Positions 12,901 through 26,400 of a stretch of DNA of 64,000 nt are shown here, piece by piece. The first letter of the stretch is position 1, and each line of letters starts with the position of its first letter. The position numbers were made by a program, and so were the translations under genes. The notes beneath the pieces were generated by a model. It saw nothing but the letters and a program-made list of their open reading frames with translations. It was not told the origin of the DNA and did no database searches. Source of the DNA: Narcine bancroftii. Lineage: Eukaryota. Location: contig NC_091471.1 in NCBI RefSeq assembly GCF_036971445.1, forward strand, positions 348,688,001 to 348,752,000. Direction: 5' to 3'.

Positions 12901-13744
12901 CTCAAAGTTTAACACCTCACACTTGTCCAGATTAAATTCTACCTTATTTCTCTGCTTCATATTTCCAACTCCCTTAACAACCTCCTCACTTTCCATCACT
13001 CCAATTTTTGTGTCCTATTCAAACTTCAAAAGTATATATATAGATCCCTGTAGGACATCACTAGTCACAAGTTGATATGTATTCAACGTACCAATCTTAT
13101 TTTCTTCTATGGTTCCAAATTCCTCCTTGTTTAGTATGAATGCAACCTGTAACAAATAGTTTTACTAGGGTTCCTTTGATGTCACAGCCTGTCACTCTCA
13201 CTTCACCAGTGTCGTTCAACTATTTTGTCCATGTATGCAATGAGGTCTGGAGCAAAGTCTCAAACTGGAATTTATCTCAGTCTTCTTGTATGTTCCCCCT
13301 TTTAATCTGTCACTTGCATCTCACATACTGTTCACCAAATCAAACACTGCACTAAGATGCTTATGGTTAGGTCAGAGAAAATGTGCCCTCCATGTCCTTA
13401 AAACACATCCAACAAATGCCCACAACCTCTTTAATAATAGCTGATACACTCTCTTTGGATTATACTGTATTACCACACTGATTATGATTGTTTGAAATCC
13501 ATCTATCCTGATGTTTTCTGGCTTTTCAAATCTGCAAAATCAGATTTCTATTTGCTGATGGTATCCCACTTTGAAATTACTTAAGTTATTAAACTGAGCA
13601 GTTTAAATCTCTTCTATTCAAGCTCTGGGTCAGAGATTAGGTATTTTTATCACAAAGTCAGCTTGCTCTCACTGGATAATGTAAATGTATCGACTTCTCA
13701 CAATTTGTGATAAACAAGTTCCAATACTGAACACAGAAGTATAG

Positions 13745-14035
<291 letters not shown>

Positions 14036-14118
14036 AAGAATTATAGGACAGTCTGATGGCAGTCTCCAATTTCCACTACACTTTGATGAAGATCAACAGC
14101 TATTCCAAGATGACTCTT

Positions 14119-14127
14119 CAGGTAAGT
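14119..14127 (+). other. Consensus 5' splice donor downstream of the SMIM36 stop
   Basis: CAG|GTAAGT with GT at 14122, 86 nt after the stop codon. Confidence 0.7.
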
Positions 14128-14279
14128 CACTGAAGTAGTCTGCAGTGTAAAGTATACATTTAAGCATTAGATATGGTCAAGGTGGGCACTAAGAGACCCT
14201 TTCTGTACTGTACATTTCAATGATTCTATGAGAATTGTATTTATTGAATACAGGTAATATTAATATGCATACTTAACAA

Positions 14280-14720
14280 TAACATAGAACTCTAGAGCAC
14301 AGAAACTGACCCTCCGGCCCATCCAGTCTATGCTGAACTATTATTATTCCACCTAGTCCCATCAATTTGCACCTGGACAATAGCCCTCCACACCCCTTCC
14401 ATCCATGTACCTATCCAATCCTCTTTTAAATGTCAGAATTAAACCTGCATCCACCACTTCTGTTAGCAGTTCCTTCCACAGTCTCACCACCTTCTGAGTG
14501 AAGAAGTTCCCCCTTAAGTTCCCCTTAAACATTTCACCTTTCACTCTTAACCCATATCCACTTGTTCTGTCACACCCAACCTCAGTGGAAAATCCATGCA
14601 AACCTCTATTAAATCTCCCTTCATTCTCCTGCGCTCCAGGGAATAAATTACTAACCTATTCAACCTTTCACTATAATCTATTCAACCTTTCACTATAGCT
14701 CAATTATTCAAGTCCCAGCA
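14280..14720 (-). mobile_element. CR1 LINE 3' end
   Basis: ORF 14362..14601 (GNFFTQKVVRLWKELLTEVVDAG...FKRGLDRYMD) plus a CR1 3' UTR ending in ...TTCTATGTT. Confidence 0.88.
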
Positions 14721-15399
14721 TGTATAGCAAGAGCTCACAAACACTACCAATTAATAGATTTAGTTGTGTTGACTAAAGGAGGTAAATTGGTTAGAATATT
14801 ATTACAAATTTTTCATTCACTTAATTAACAATTTAACCAAATACAAAATCTCAGTCAATGTCACCAGCTGCATTATTTGTTCAAGACCTGCAGAGCACAA
14901 CTGTCTGACTCAATTCAATTGAGATAATAAAAATTTATTGACACCTTTAAATCAACATAAATCTTTTAATTTCTTTGAAATGCCCGCAGCATAAAAGAGC
15001 AGCTCAAGTCACACCATTCACCCACATGAAAAAACTGGTACAAATGTAATTTTGAGAAAGTTGGAAAAGGGCAAGCAAAAGTTTGAAGAAGAGATTGGAA
15101 TGGCTGAAATCTTTAAGACTGTTGTATCCAAGTGGCAGAACACTGAGTATCTCATGTATGCCAATGTAGAGTAAAGGAAAAAGGGTGGTGGGGGGGTGGT
15201 GGTGGTGGTGGAAGGAAGCAGATATGAAAGAGAGGACCTAAGTATTTGTTGGACTGTCAAAGATGGAGGAGACAGGCAATAAAATGGAAACTTGACAGTA
15301 CAATTTAAATGTTTAAGTTTCAGGTCAAAAGTGCTAGGATTTCATCTTTTTTGATGAACTGTATATGAACTGTATATAGGTTGCACATAGTACCAATAA

Positions 15400-16376
15400 C
15401 TTGTCCGTGAACTACTCTTTGCAGATGATGCCGCTTTAGTTGCCCATTCAGAGCCAGCTCTCCAGCGCATGACGTCCTGTTTTGCGGAAACTGCCAAAAT
15501 GTTTGGCCTGGAAGTCAGCCTGAAGAAAACTGAGGTCCTCCATCAGCCAGCTCCCCATCATGACTACACAGAACTCAAAACGGTCAACCAGTTTACCTAC
15601 CTCGGCTGCACCATTTCATCTGATGCAAGGATCGACAACGAGATAGACAACAGACTCGCCAAGGCAAATAGTGCCTTTGGAAGACTACACAATAGAGTCT
15701 GGAAAAACAACCACCTGAAGAAACACACAAAGATCAGCGTGTACAGAGCCGTTGTCATACCCACGCTCCTGTTTGCTCCGAATCATGGCTCCTCTACTGG
15801 CATCACCTACGGCTCCTAGAATGCTTCCATCAGCCCTGTCTCCGCTCCATCCTCAACATTCATTGGAGTGACTTCATCACCAACATTGAAGTACTTGAGC
15901 TGGCAGAGTCCGCAAGCATTGAATCCACGCTGCTGAAGACCCAACTGCGCTGGGTAGGTCACGTCTCCAGAATGGAGGTCCATCGCCTTCCCAAAATCGT
16001 GTTATATGGCAAGCTCTCCACTAACCACCGAGACAGAGGTGCACCAAAGAAGAGGTACAAGGACTGTTTAAAGAAATCTCTTGGTGCCTGCCCCATTGGC
16101 CACCGCCAGTGGGCTGATATCGCCTCCAACCGTGCATCTTGGCGCCTCACAGTTCGGCGGGCAGCAACCTCCTTTGAAGAAGACCGCAGAGCCCACCTCA
16201 CTGACAAAAGACAAAGGAGGAAAAACCCAACACCCAACCCCAACCCACCAATTTTCCCTTGCAATCGCTGCAACCGTGCCTGCCTGTCCCGCATCGGACT
16301 TGTCAGTCACCAACGAGCCTGCAGCAGACGTGGACATACCCCTCCATAAATCTTCGTCCACGAAGCCAAGCCAAAG
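15400..16376 (+). mobile_element. RTE-clade LINE, 5'-truncated (RT C-half to 3' end)
   Basis: LLFADDAALVAHSE, FGLEVSLKKTEVL, FTYLG, LRWVGHVSRME.HRLPK, and C-terminal CNRCNRACLSRIGLVSHQRAC. 11-bp TSD AGTACCAATAA (15389..15399 / 16377..16387). Confidence 0.95.
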
Positions 16377-17489
16377 AGTACCAATAATCATCAGGTCCCC
16401 TGAAAAGAATCATGAAACAGACAAAAAATTTTAAAACAGTGCTGGTTGACACCCAGAATCAAATGATAAAACTAGTGCAGTTCATAATAGGAGTTGCATG
16501 AACAGATTCCTACTGCCATATCGGTTGTGCTGATTGCTGTGAAGATTTTCTCTCTCCTGAACACAAAGCCAGCCAAAGAGTAGTGCATAAAAAGTTGTCA
16601 TGGAGCAGAGGGAAAGAGCAAGTCATGCATTCACATGGACAAACTCCCAAAATGACTGCCTGCCTGATTAGTAAGTGACAAAATACCACTGAGATGCAGA
16701 GATAATCAAGAGAATAAAGAACAGAATACAGCTTGATATGTACAGTACAAAAATGCAATGATCAGTGAAGAGACAACACTTTAATTGCTTTCTCAATGTT
16801 GATAGTGATTTATTCCTAATTTTCTTGTGAGCGTCCAATGAAGCTTTCACATTGCATCCAAAAATTCCAATTGATGCTTGAGAGAGGAGCACAACCTGTG
16901 TGGTCATTAGTGCAAGACTGATGATAGAAATCATCGCATGCAAATTCAAATGCAGATGTGCCCATACCAATTTTCTAATGAGAAAATGGCTGCTAATATA
17001 ATTTACAGCATATTAAGTTGATTTTATGTGTGATTTGTACATAAAAATAGGTGCTATTTCCTCCAATTTCTAGTCTTAGGAATCAACATCCTAACTGTTG
17101 GGGATATTGGTGAGATTCACCCAGCAGGCTTTAAACTAGACTGGCAGGGTTGGGGATGGTGGGATTGAAGGAGAAAGAGAAGGAGGGAGAAAGACTGAAA
17201 AGGTTAAGGAAAGCAAAAAAGGCAAAGGACATCTGCTGAGTTGAATGGGATTGTAACAGATAAACATCGATAAGACGGGTACACTTTGTTGTGTTTATTT
17301 TAATGCAAGAAGCCTGACCGGGAAAGTGGATGAGCTTAGAGCATGGACAAGTTCCAATCAATGGCATATTGTACCCATAATGGACACATGGTTAAAGGAG
17401 GATTGGCAACTTAATGTTACAGATGTGATAGGAACAGTGGGAAGAGAGATGGGGTTGCAATGTTTGTCAAGGAAGATATCATGCCACCT

Positions 17490-17695
17490 CCCTCCATTTG
17501 CTGTAGTGCCATCCCTCCCTTCTCCATCTATTACCTCTTGCCTGTGGGCTTGTGGTTCCTCTCCTTGCCCCTCCCCCTATCATTTTATTTAGACACCTGC
17601 CTACATTTTGCTAGAAGGCTCAAGCCCAAACGTTGGTTATCTTTGCTATATAGTATGCTATTTGACCTGCTGAGTTTCTCCAGCATTGTGTTTTT
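17490..17695 (+). mobile_element. Penelope-like element terminal fragment
   Basis: Pyrimidine-rich tract followed by AAGGCTCAAGCCCAAACGTTGGTTAT...TGACCTGCTGAGTTTCTCCAGCATTGTG, the same terminus as the GIY-YIG-bearing copy at 27420..28110. Confidence 0.7.
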
Positions 17696-18377
17696 CCTAG
17701 AGATAACATTGTAGTCTTTAGAGAAGATATTGCTGGAGAACTATCATGTGAAGACAGTGTGGATGGAAACCAGGAACCAAAAAGGAGTGGTCATCGTGAC
17801 AAATGTATACTATGGGCTATCAAATAGTCAACAGGAGCTAGAGGATCATTGCTGATGTCTATAAAAATAGCAAAGTTGATCTTGATTTCAACTTCCACAA
17901 CATAGGTGCTCTGTGGTTACTTAATGTATGGAAAGGAAAAGGTTGAGAACTACTGGTCTATGGCATATCTGCATCAGTAGTCTTAGATCATATCAAAGTG
18001 AAATCTACGGGTTCCAGACCAGGTACATCCCAGAACATTGTGGGAAAGCAGGAAGGAAATTGTTGCGGCCTTGAAGGCATGTTTAACTCATTGCTGAGGA
18101 TAGTAAAAATTCTAGAGGATTGAAGGATGGCAAATAATGGGGCCATTATTTATAAAAAAAAAAAGGACTGTAAGGATAATCCAGGTTACAGATCTTTTAA
18201 TCTGATTTCAGTGGTAGGAGGGAATTCTGAGAGATGAAATCAATATTTGCATAGCCTGGGGAATATTAATGCATGGAAAGTCTCGTCTCATGAACGATAG
18301 AATATTTTTGAGAGATGATAAAGAGGGTAGATGAGGACAAGGCAGTTGATGTTATTTAAATGGATTTTAGTAAGTAT

Positions 18378-18912
18378 CCTCAACATCCATTGGAGCGCTT
18401 TCATCCCTAACGTCGAAGTACTCGAGATGGCAGAGGTCGACAGCATCGAGTCCACGCTGCTGAAGATCCAGCTGCGCTGGATGGGTCACGTCTCCAGAAT
18501 GGAGGACCATCGCCTTCCCAAGATCGTGTTATATGGCGAGCTCTCCACTGGCTACCGTGACAGAGGTGCACCAAAGAAAAGGTACAAGGACTGCCTAAAG
18601 AAATCTCTTGGTGCCTGTCACATTGACCACCGCCAGTGGGCTGATAACGCCTCAAACCGTGCATCTTGGCGCCTCACAGTTTGGCGGGCAGCAACCTCCT
18701 TTGAAGAAGACCGCAGAGCCCACCTCACTGACAAAAGGCAAAGGAGGAAAAACCCAACACCCAACCCCAACCAACCAATTTTCCCCTGCAACCGCTGCAA
18801 CCGTGTCTGCCTGTCCCGCATCGGACTTGTCAGCCACAAACGAGCCTGCAGCTGACGTGGACTTTTTACCCCCTCCATAAATCTTCGTCCGCGAAGCCAA
18901 GCCAAAGAAGAA
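18378..18912 (+). mobile_element. RTE-clade LINE 3' fragment inserted into the CR1 RT motif
   Basis: ILNIHW...LRWMGHVSRMEDHRLPK...CNRCNRVCLSRIGLVSHKRAC. 9-bp TSD AGTAAGTAT (18369..18377 / 18913..18921). Removing it restores CR1 MDFSK.FD. Confidence 0.95.
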
Positions 18913-19742
18913 AGTAAGTATTTGACACATGGGATAGGAGGTCATCAGCCAACTGGATAAAAATTAGCTCAACGAGAGGTCAGAGAGTTGTTACAGAGAG
19001 TAGTTTTTCAAACTGGATGTCAGTGACCAGTTGTGTGCCTCAAGTTTCAGTTCTAGAGCCCTTGTTTTTTATAATTGTCTTGGACAAGGGTTTGCATTAT
19101 TAAGTAGGGGCTAATGTGGGCAAGTGGGACGAAAGCAGGAAGACATGTAGTTGGGCATGGACAAGCTTTCCTTTTGGACCTGTTCCATGCTCTAAGACTC
19201 TATATGAATCAGTAGAGATGAAGTAGCAAGCAAACGGTACTTGGAAGAGTAAACAATACTGGTAACAAAGTTTTGGATAAGAGACAGGACATGCAAGCAG
19301 TAATCATGCTGAAAATTACAAAGGCATAATGGAAATTCCATCAACAGGTAGGCTCAAGTAGGAGAGGTTCTGCTAAAAGAGACAAACCAACTTGCTAAAC
19401 CAAAAGCAAATTGGCAAAAGGTTAAAAGGATCAAGGAGATGAATGAATGGCTCAGTGATTGGTGTGGAATAAATGGCTTTCAATTCTTGGTGCATTGGCA
19501 TCAGTACTGGGGAAGGAGAGAGACGTTCTGCAACTGAACCACGCTGGGACAAAAGTGAATAATGAGGGAGGTAAATTAAAATCAATATTGGAGGAAATCT
19601 CAAATTCTAAAGATCAACAACAAGGAAGCTGTGTATTAAAGTGATGGGGTTAAGAATGGCTAAATAATTCCAGGAAGGGAAAGAGCTAAAAATCAAATAA
19701 ATGATTAATAGATTTCAGCCAAGAGAAAATGGAAAATAGTTT

Positions 19743-19981
19743 TGTGGTGGAACACAGTACTACGGGCATGTCCTCACTGGGCGGGCAAGCTGGCCTGCCT
19801 TCTGTACCTGTAGCCCCTCCCCATAAGATCACCTAATATAGTTTGAGAGCCCTTGTCTCTTTCCTCATACCTGCCTTGGACATGAGCCAGCAGCATGCAG
19901 AAGCATGCCTGGCTTTTTTCTGATTAATAAAGCCTTTGACTGCTTGCTTTGTATCTGGGGGTGGTCATTGATCACACTACA
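19743..19981 (+). mobile_element. Probable solo LTR (short Gypsy-type)
   Basis: TGTGGTGG...CACTACA ends and AATAAAGCC inside; same layout as the LTRs at 3045, 31218 and 35949. TSD not clean. Confidence 0.6.
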
Positions 19982-21113
19982 ACTTAAAATAATTATGGGA
20001 AATCATGTTGCAGCTGTCCAAGATGTTAGTAAGGGCATATATGGCATATAGTAATTTCCAGAATACTGGAAGGGCATGAAAGCTTTGAAGTATGAGTAGA
20101 AGATTTTCACAAGGATGTTGGCTGGATTGGAGTATATTAATTATAAAGAGAGATTGGACAAACTTGGATTGTTTTCTCTGGGAGGCTGAGGGTGAATTGT
20201 TAACAGCACATAAAATTATGAGAGGATTAGATAAGATTGGAGATGTAGTGGTCAGTGAGGAAGGCTTTCAAAGCTTGCAGAGGATCTGGACAAGCCAGAA
20301 AAATGGGCTGCAAAATGGCAGATGCAATTTGAAGTGGACAAGTTTGAGATGTTGCACTTTGGGAGGACTAAACAAGGTAGGGCAGACATGGTAAACATTA
20401 GGGCACTGAGGAGTGCAGTAGAACAGAGGGATCTTGGAACACAGATACATAATTCCCTGAAAGTGGTGTCACAGATGGATAGGGTTGTAAAGAGAGCTAT
20501 TGGCATGTTGGCCTCCATAAATCAAAGTATCAAGCATAGGATATGGGATATTATGGTGAAGTCGTATAATTAGGCCAAATTTGGAGTATTGTGTGCAGTT
20601 TTGGTCACCTAATTACAGGAAAGTTATCAATAAGATTTAAAGAGTGTGGAGAAGATTTACAAGGATGTTGCCAGAACTTGAGGAACTGAGTGAGTTACAG
20701 GGAAAGGTTAGACAGGTTACTTTATTTCCCTGAGCATAGAAGAATGAGGGGAGATTTGATAGAGGTATCTAAAATTATGAGGCAGATAGATAGAGTAAAT
20801 GCAAGCAGGCATTTTTCATCTGAGATTATGGGCATGGGTTATGGGTTAAAGGTGAAATGTTTAAAGGGAACGTCGGGGGAACCTCACACAGAGTGGTGAG
20901 ATTGTGGAATGAACTGCCAACTGAAGTGGTAAATGCAGGCTCAATTTTGAAATTTAAGAAAAAAAATTGGATACGTATATAGATGGGAGGGGTATGAAGG
21001 GTTATTGTTTGGGTGCAGATCATTGGGATTAAGCAGAATAATAGTTCAGCACAAACTAGATGGGCTGATGGGTCTGTTTCTATATTGTAGGTTTCTATGA
21101 TTTTTGGATAGAT

Positions 21114-21394
21114 TGTACCGAAGTATTCTATACTGAGCTGCTATCGACGTTGGTGTGCACGTTGTGGAATTGCTGTACATGTTGTCGACTTGAGGTATAT
21201 ACTGGGAAGTTGAAATACACGCTGTGGAGTCGAGTGCAAGACTGACACCTCCAGGACACAGGAAGTGACATCATCAGTGATGTAATCAGGCCAGATTAAA
21301 AACCTGTATAGGATGCAGATCAATTTTCCGCATTTTCCATAGCACGTCCGCCATTTTGGGAACCGGTTTGCTTGCTGGTAAGTGGGTTGCCACA
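21114..21394. mobile_element. Possible solo LTR (CpG-retaining insert)
   Basis: TGTACC...GCCACA ends, CpG-rich compared with the flanking CR1. No clean TSD. Confidence 0.35.
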
Positions 21395-22308
21395 TGATTA
21401 TATTTTTCTCAGGTGGGAAAGGTCAAATATTAGAGGGCATAGGTTTAAAATGAGAGGAGAAAGTTTAAAGGAAATATGTGAGCTAAGCTTTTTACAGAGT
21501 TACAAGTGCCTGAAATGCACTGCCAGGGGAGATGATGGAAACAGATTCGATAGCAACATCATAGGCATTTGGACAGATACATGAACAGGCAGGGTACAGA
21601 GGGATATGAACCATGTACAGTCAGATGGATGAATATAAATTGGCATTATGATTGGCACAGACATGGTCAGCTGAAGGGCCTGTTCCTGTACTGTGCCACA
21701 TTTTATCACATTAAGATGTCTAAAAAAAAAAGTTAGAATTACAAATCTAAATATTTGCAACTAAAGGTATTTGTTAAAAGGTGGATGAATTAACAAATTG
21801 GTTTAAGTTGTTATGCAATTGCCATTATAGAGATATGGCTGCAAGGTCAGCAAGACTGGGAGCTGAATGTACATTCAATATTTAGAAAGTACAAGAAAAA
21901 TGGAAAATAATGTAGTGAGCATTATTAATAAAAGATGAAGTCAATGCAGTAGCAAAGAGGCTATTAGTTCAGAAAATAAAGGTGTGGAATCAGTCTGGAT
22001 CGAGCAGATATGTGAGTTGTCTATGTTCCTCCAAACGATAGTGGAAATGTACCAAACAGGAATCAAACACATGCAGCTGGTTAACACAGCAATCATGAGT
22101 AACTTTAATTTACATAGAGATTAGCTAAATCAAATACCAAAAATTCCTACAGGATGGCTTTTTGAATTAGATTTTGAATACCCAACAGGAGGAATAGGTT
22201 ATTGTGCAATACAAAAGAGTAATTTAATCCTGTTGACCAGGATCCATTAGGAAAGAATCACCATATAATGAAAGAATTCTTCATTAAGGTGGAAAGACAT
22301 AGAATATG

Positions 22309-22465
22309 AAAACAACCTGTTCAACCTACCAAGTATACGTCACTCAGTGGATGCCCATTCAAAACAACCTGTTCAATCTACCAAGTATACGTCACTGAGT
22401 GGATGCCCATTCAAAACAACCTGTTCAACCTACGAAGTATACATCACTCACTGGATGCCCATTCA
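22309..22465. repeat. 52-bp tandem repeat, ~3 copies
   Basis: AAAACAACCTGTTCAACCTACCAAGTATACGTCACTCAGTGGATGCCCATTC at 22309, 22361 and 22413. Confidence 0.93.
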
Positions 22466-22864
22466 TATTAATCCCATTTTCCAGCACTTCACCAGAGTCA
22501 AGAGAATGGGGTCGACCATAAGATCACAGGACAGAGGAGCAGAAATAGGCTATTAAGCCCATCGAGTTGGTCCTTCAATCATGAGCCGATCCATTTCCCA
22601 ACTCAGCCCCACCTTCCCTCAACCTTTGGTGCCCTGGCTAAGCAAGAACTTATCAGTCTCTTCCTTAAGTATACCCAATGATTTGGCCTCCACAACTGCC
22701 TGTGGCAACAAATTCCACAGATTACAAAAATTCCTCCACATCTCCATTCTAAGTGGACACCAGGGCCAATTAAGCTAGTGTGGGACCTGTGGCTACTGTT
22801 ATAAAGGGGCCCTAAAGTTAAAAAATATACAAATATTAAAACATCTAGTAGTTTAAAAGAGAGA

Positions 22865-23303
22865 ATGAAAGGGGCAAGTAAGACACCAAAGAAGAGAGAT
22901 GAACTCAAAGCGATAAATCATTGTAAATGCAGCCTCGTGCATTTTATAAATGGATACAAACATGCAGATGAAGCAGGTTTCAAGGGTAGTCGGTGGCCAG
23001 GCAAAGGGGAGAGGCAGCAGGGTGAAGGACAAAGAGTATTCAGCCGAATATCTGGTAGTGGGCAACAGAAACCCTAGCAAAGGGTCTTGTCAGATGCTCT
23101 GAAAGTGGCTGGAGACCTGCCTGGCCATCAGTACCAGTGGCTGTCCCTGCAGAACCTCTGCTCTTGCTCCAGGGATGAGAGCAAAGGCAAGTCCACTGAA
23201 ATGTTGGGTTTGAATAAAAAGGGAGACAGTTGCCTGAAAAACACGGTCTACTTGGAGCATTGCATCAAGAACCCCAAGGACAGCATCAATGTGGATTCCT
23301 CCA
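22865..23303 (+). other. Candidate exon of an unidentified gene (coding-like, one in-frame TAG)
   Basis: Unique sequence. ORFs 22865..23077 and 23087..23311 share a frame separated by a single TAG. It ends at donor CCA|GTAAGT (GT at 23304). Internal acceptor CTCTGCTCTTGCTCCAG| at 23172 and TATAAA at ~22800. Confidence 0.4.
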
Positions 23304-24039
23304 GTAAGTGAACATAATGGCCACAGTGTGGCATCAACAGCAAGGAGTATCTTTAGCTTGATGTTTTCGTTTGAAATATCACAACCTGTTCTTAAAGTTA
23401 GCTGCTGCATTTTTTTTTACATGTATTAACAAAGAAACATTTATCAATGGACTTGAATTGAAGGCCTTATGCAATAAAAAGGAGATAAATGGATAGCACT
23501 GATTCAGAATGTTGAGCTGCAGCAAGATCTGTCTTGTCATTGGTTTGGAGGTGAAGAAGTGTAATTGATTAGGGATCCATCAGAGAAATCGACATAGGCA
23601 GGATTGCATGCTTAATATCACAATTACCACTGGATTTCTCGCTCATTCAGTGTGGAAAATTAAAAATCAAAATAATGTACTTTCGAACAATTAAACTAAA
23701 CAATTTCTCTTTTTCATTCTCACTACTCACTTAAAGTCATTTGATTATAATCTGAGTGAAGATTTCACTCATTGTGTGTATTTTTGATAAGTAGTTTTAA
23801 ATTAAACTTTCAGAGTGATAGAATGGACTTGTTGATTCTTTTGCATCCGTGCCTCTCTCTTAAACGTTTATTATCAGTTCTTTGATTGGAGGTGTTAGAA
23901 TCATCTATAAGCAACTGTAATATATTTTTTTTAAACTGCAGTTTTATTAATAGAGCAAGCATTTAGCGCTGGACCCTTGAAAATGGGGTCTCATAGCATA
24001 TGCTGGTTTTGCTACTATGTCATTCAGGCACTGGTGGTC

Positions 24040-25460
24040 ATGCTTCAATCCTGAAGCTGTGCCCTCTTGTCCTAGACTCTCCCATCATGGGAAACAACCT
24101 TTCCACATCTACTCTGTCCATTTGAAATGCTTCAATGGCATCCCCCCTCATTCTCCTAAATTCCAACAAATACAGGCTAAGATCCATTAAACATTCCTCA
24201 TTTGAAAACCTTTTCATTCCCGGAATCATCCTTGTAAACCTCCTCTGAACCCTCTTAAATGTTAGCTCATGCTTTCTAAAATGAGGAGCCCAAAATTGCT
24301 CACAATAATCCAAGTGAGGTCCCACCAGTCCCTTATAAAGCCTCAACATTACATCCTTGCTCTTATATTCTATTCGCTTGAAATGAATGCCAGCATTGCA
24401 TTTGCCTTCTTCATCATTGACTCAATCTGCAAGCTTTCCTTCAGGCTATCCTGCATGAGGACTCACAGGTCCCTATGAACCATAGAACATTACAGCACAG
24501 AAACAAGCCCATTCAGCCCTTCTAGTCTGTGCTGAACCATTTTTTTGGCCTGGTCCCACTGACCTGCACCCAGTCCAAACTTTGATATCCTTCCTTGCTC
24601 TCCACACCACCACCAATTTTGGATTTATCTCCAAAATTACAAATCAAGTTAACTACACTGCCATCCAAATTGTGAATATGAATAACAAACAGCAGTGGTC
24701 CTGTCCTAACCCTAGGACACACAACTGGACACGGGCCTCCAATAAGAAAAAGCATCCTTTTACTAAGCTAGTTTTGAATCCAGCTCACCTTTGATTCCAT
24801 GTGATTTAATCTTTCAGACTAACCTGCCAAGCAGGACCTTGTCAAAGGCCTTGCTGAAGTCCACATATGCAGCATCTGGCTTGCCCTCATTAACCCGCAT
24901 GATCACCTCTACAATAAAACTTTAACAGGTTCATAAGACATGATCTACCATGCATGGAGTCATGCTAATTACCTCCAATCAGTCCCAGTCTATCCAAACG
25001 TTGGTAAATCATGTCCTTCAGAATCCCCTCCAGCAATTTTCCAATCATTGATAAAAATTTCAATGGCCTATAGTTGCCTTCGCTGGTCCTGCTGCCCCTT
25101 TAAAGTAACAGCACAGCATTAGCCACCCTCCAGTTTTGCAGCACTTCATCCGATGTTGAAGATGATGGAAAATTTCTCAGGTCTTCCACAATTTCTTCCA
25201 TAGCTTTCCTCAAGGTGCAACGATGCATTCCATCAGGCCCTGAGGATTGGTTCACTTTAATGCGCTCCAAGGTTGCTAAGACCTCATCCCGAGTAATTCT
25301 AATATTGTTCAGCATCTTGCCACTCTTTTCCTCCAATTCCTTGGCTTTCATGATCTCCTGAATGGTAAAGACTGATAAATATTCATTCATATTTCACCCA
25401 CCTCCTGTAGCTTCTCAGCCTCATTGATCTTTAATGGGACCAATTTTCTCCATAGTTATA
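24040..25460 (-). mobile_element. Two or more nested CR1 LINE ORF2 segments
   Basis: LYKGLVGPHLDYCEQFWAPH...RVQRRFTRMIPG, GPLLFVIHI, NEYLSVFT...SSGPDGMH...NWRVANAV. Confidence 0.88.
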
Positions 25461-25589
25461 GTCGTTTTTCAAGTTGCAGCATTTATACGTTTATTTTAAT
25501 CGATAAAAGAAAAATGTTAATGTCATTCCACAACTGTTTTGTGTAAACATGACAACCATATTGTTCAGAACCCTTTGCTACCCTGTCTC

Positions 25590-26400
25590 CAGAATAGCCA
25601 TTCAAAGATTCCTTTTATGGTCACATTATAATACATTTAAAATTTGATTTACATGATAGACGTCAACTTGTGTCCAAAGAGTTGCCATGAACATTGCCCA
25701 GAGCTCCTAATAGGAGAAAGAGAAGAATTCCTTCAAAGACACTGAGTGTCTGTGGATTCGCCTCCAGTGCTCCCATAGCCTCAGCAGCTGCACAGACTTC
25801 TGTTCAAACCATTGGCAACCCGAGCTCCAGATCTAAACCTCCAAATCGATCAGAAAGCCTTCAATGCCTGAGGCCTTTCGGGAGCCCTTCTTGCCCTCAG
25901 CAACCTCTTGAATTCCATTTTTCAATACCTGGTTGCGCTGAGCCACTCCCCAGCACCCCACAGCCTGTGTGACTCCTTTGATCACACGTTGCCAACCGCC
26001 TGCAGCCTGTGTGGGACTTTAGTTGCTGCGCCTCTTGCTGGTCCACTGATGCAGTTATTGTCCTGTAGCATCTTCTCCTATGCTTTGTCTCAATTGGGGT
26101 GGGAGGTGGAGTTTGTTCTCCCCATTTCTGGTACCCTGCCCCAATCTGCTGGTCCCCGGGAATCTGCAACCCTTCATGGTGCGCTGCCCAGCGCTGGCTC
26201 TGCCATCTTGCGTATAGATCCTGCGTTTGCAGGATTTTAAAAACATCATTGGCTTCTTTAACAGGCCGTTTAAAGCCAGCATGGAGCTGTCAGCATTAGG
26301 CCTGGGCAGTGGGACCCTGCAGAGCAGGGCTGTGTCTCCATTCCCCACTCCTCCAATCTATACTGCCATTACAGCAGCTCTGGCAGTGCTGCCATTATTT
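25590..26400 (-). mobile_element. Non-autonomous interspersed repeat (LINE-tailed); related copies at ~35420..35945 plus 41713..42100 (-) and ~51545..53330 (+)
   Basis: Shared blocks (CCCGAGCTCCA.ATCTAAACCTCC, GTTCTCCCCATTTCTGGT.CCCT, ...GTCACAT.ATAA.ACATT) and a 3' TTGAA-type tail. No coding capacity seen. Confidence 0.55.

Larger units (their letters stand above)
17100..22300 (+). mobile_element. Long cluster of decayed, nested CR1 LINE segments (ORF1 esterase remnants, APE, RT, C-terminus, 3' UTRs)
   Basis: YFNARSL.GKVDEL, ...TWL, D.I.MDFSK.FD, SGVPQ.SVL.P.LF, MQF.VDK...LHFGR, RP.LEYCVQFWSP, RGDLIEV.KIM, and tails GGGC..AAGGGCCTGT. Confidence 0.75.

Noticed and set aside
18331-18855. 174-aa ORF as a host or fusion gene
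   Set aside because: It is a chance in-frame join of CR1 sequence with the RTE 3' fragment at the TSD.
22949-23101. Antizyme-like ORF1 with programmed +1 frameshift (…ATG CTC TGA)
   Set aside because: It lacks the TCC TGA site and downstream pseudoknot, the downstream open frame is -1 rather than +1, and there is no antizyme similarity.
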